Assembly (NCBI RefSeq): GCF_001194135.2
Contig: NC_068985.1
Coordinates: forward strand, 123,068,806 to 123,132,805
Direction of reading: 5' to 3'
Source of the DNA: Octopus bimaculoides
Lineage: Eukaryota
DNA length: 64,000 nt
The position numbers were made by a program, and so were the translations under genes. Below are positions 63,883 through 64,000 of the stretch, piece by piece; within the stretch, counting starts at the first letter, position 1, and each line of letters opens with the position of its first letter. The notes under the pieces were generated by a model that searched no databases, was not told where the DNA came from, and worked only from the letters and a program-made list of their open reading frames with translations.

Positions 63883-64000
63883 GAGTGAGAGAGTAGTGCA
63901 TGGCATCAAAGTGACACTGGGGCAAAATATACGAAGCCCAGTGTGTCCATCATGACTACCCGTCTGATAAGGATACACCAAGCACATGCATCACAACCAT
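63883..64000 (-). repeat. Probable 3' tail of another SINE/LINE family abutting (TTA)n, running off the window
   Basis: Abrupt change to higher-GC sequence next to (TTA)n at 63856-63883; recalled as a common cephalopod repeat, with no second copy in the window. Confidence 0.4.

Overview
AT-rich, repeat-dense eukaryotic genomic DNA with about two dozen N-gaps (roughly 8 kb), most of them next to (TA)n-type microsatellites. The tRNA-derived SINE families and microsatellite load resemble an octopus/coleoid cephalopod draft assembly (inference from recalled repeat families, not verified). I found no intact host gene; nearly all ORFs in the supplied track are microsatellite, gap or transposon artefacts. 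Supportable content: several SINE families (working labels A, B, C), Penelope-like retroelements (PLEs) of at least two clades, a decayed mariner, a hAT (Buster/SPIN-like) remnant interrupted by a deleted gypsy LTR element, an RTE LINE fragment, an R4/Dong-type LINE 3' end next to (TAA)n, and small MITEs. The most interesting signal is a set of type-I hammerhead ribozyme motifs from about six unrelated repeat termini. One has a fully canonical core with a long branched stem II (7363-7448). Two sit in inverted-repeat/foldback structures (45.5-46.3 kb and 53.85-54.2 kb). One family variant (CUGUUGA) is shared by two coding PLE copies. Also notable: a 20-bp minisatellite born inside a SINE Pol III promoter region, a 48-bp retroposed insertion with a 12-bp target-site duplication, and a circularly permuted ~360-bp unit in inverted arrangement at 42.3-43.1 kb.
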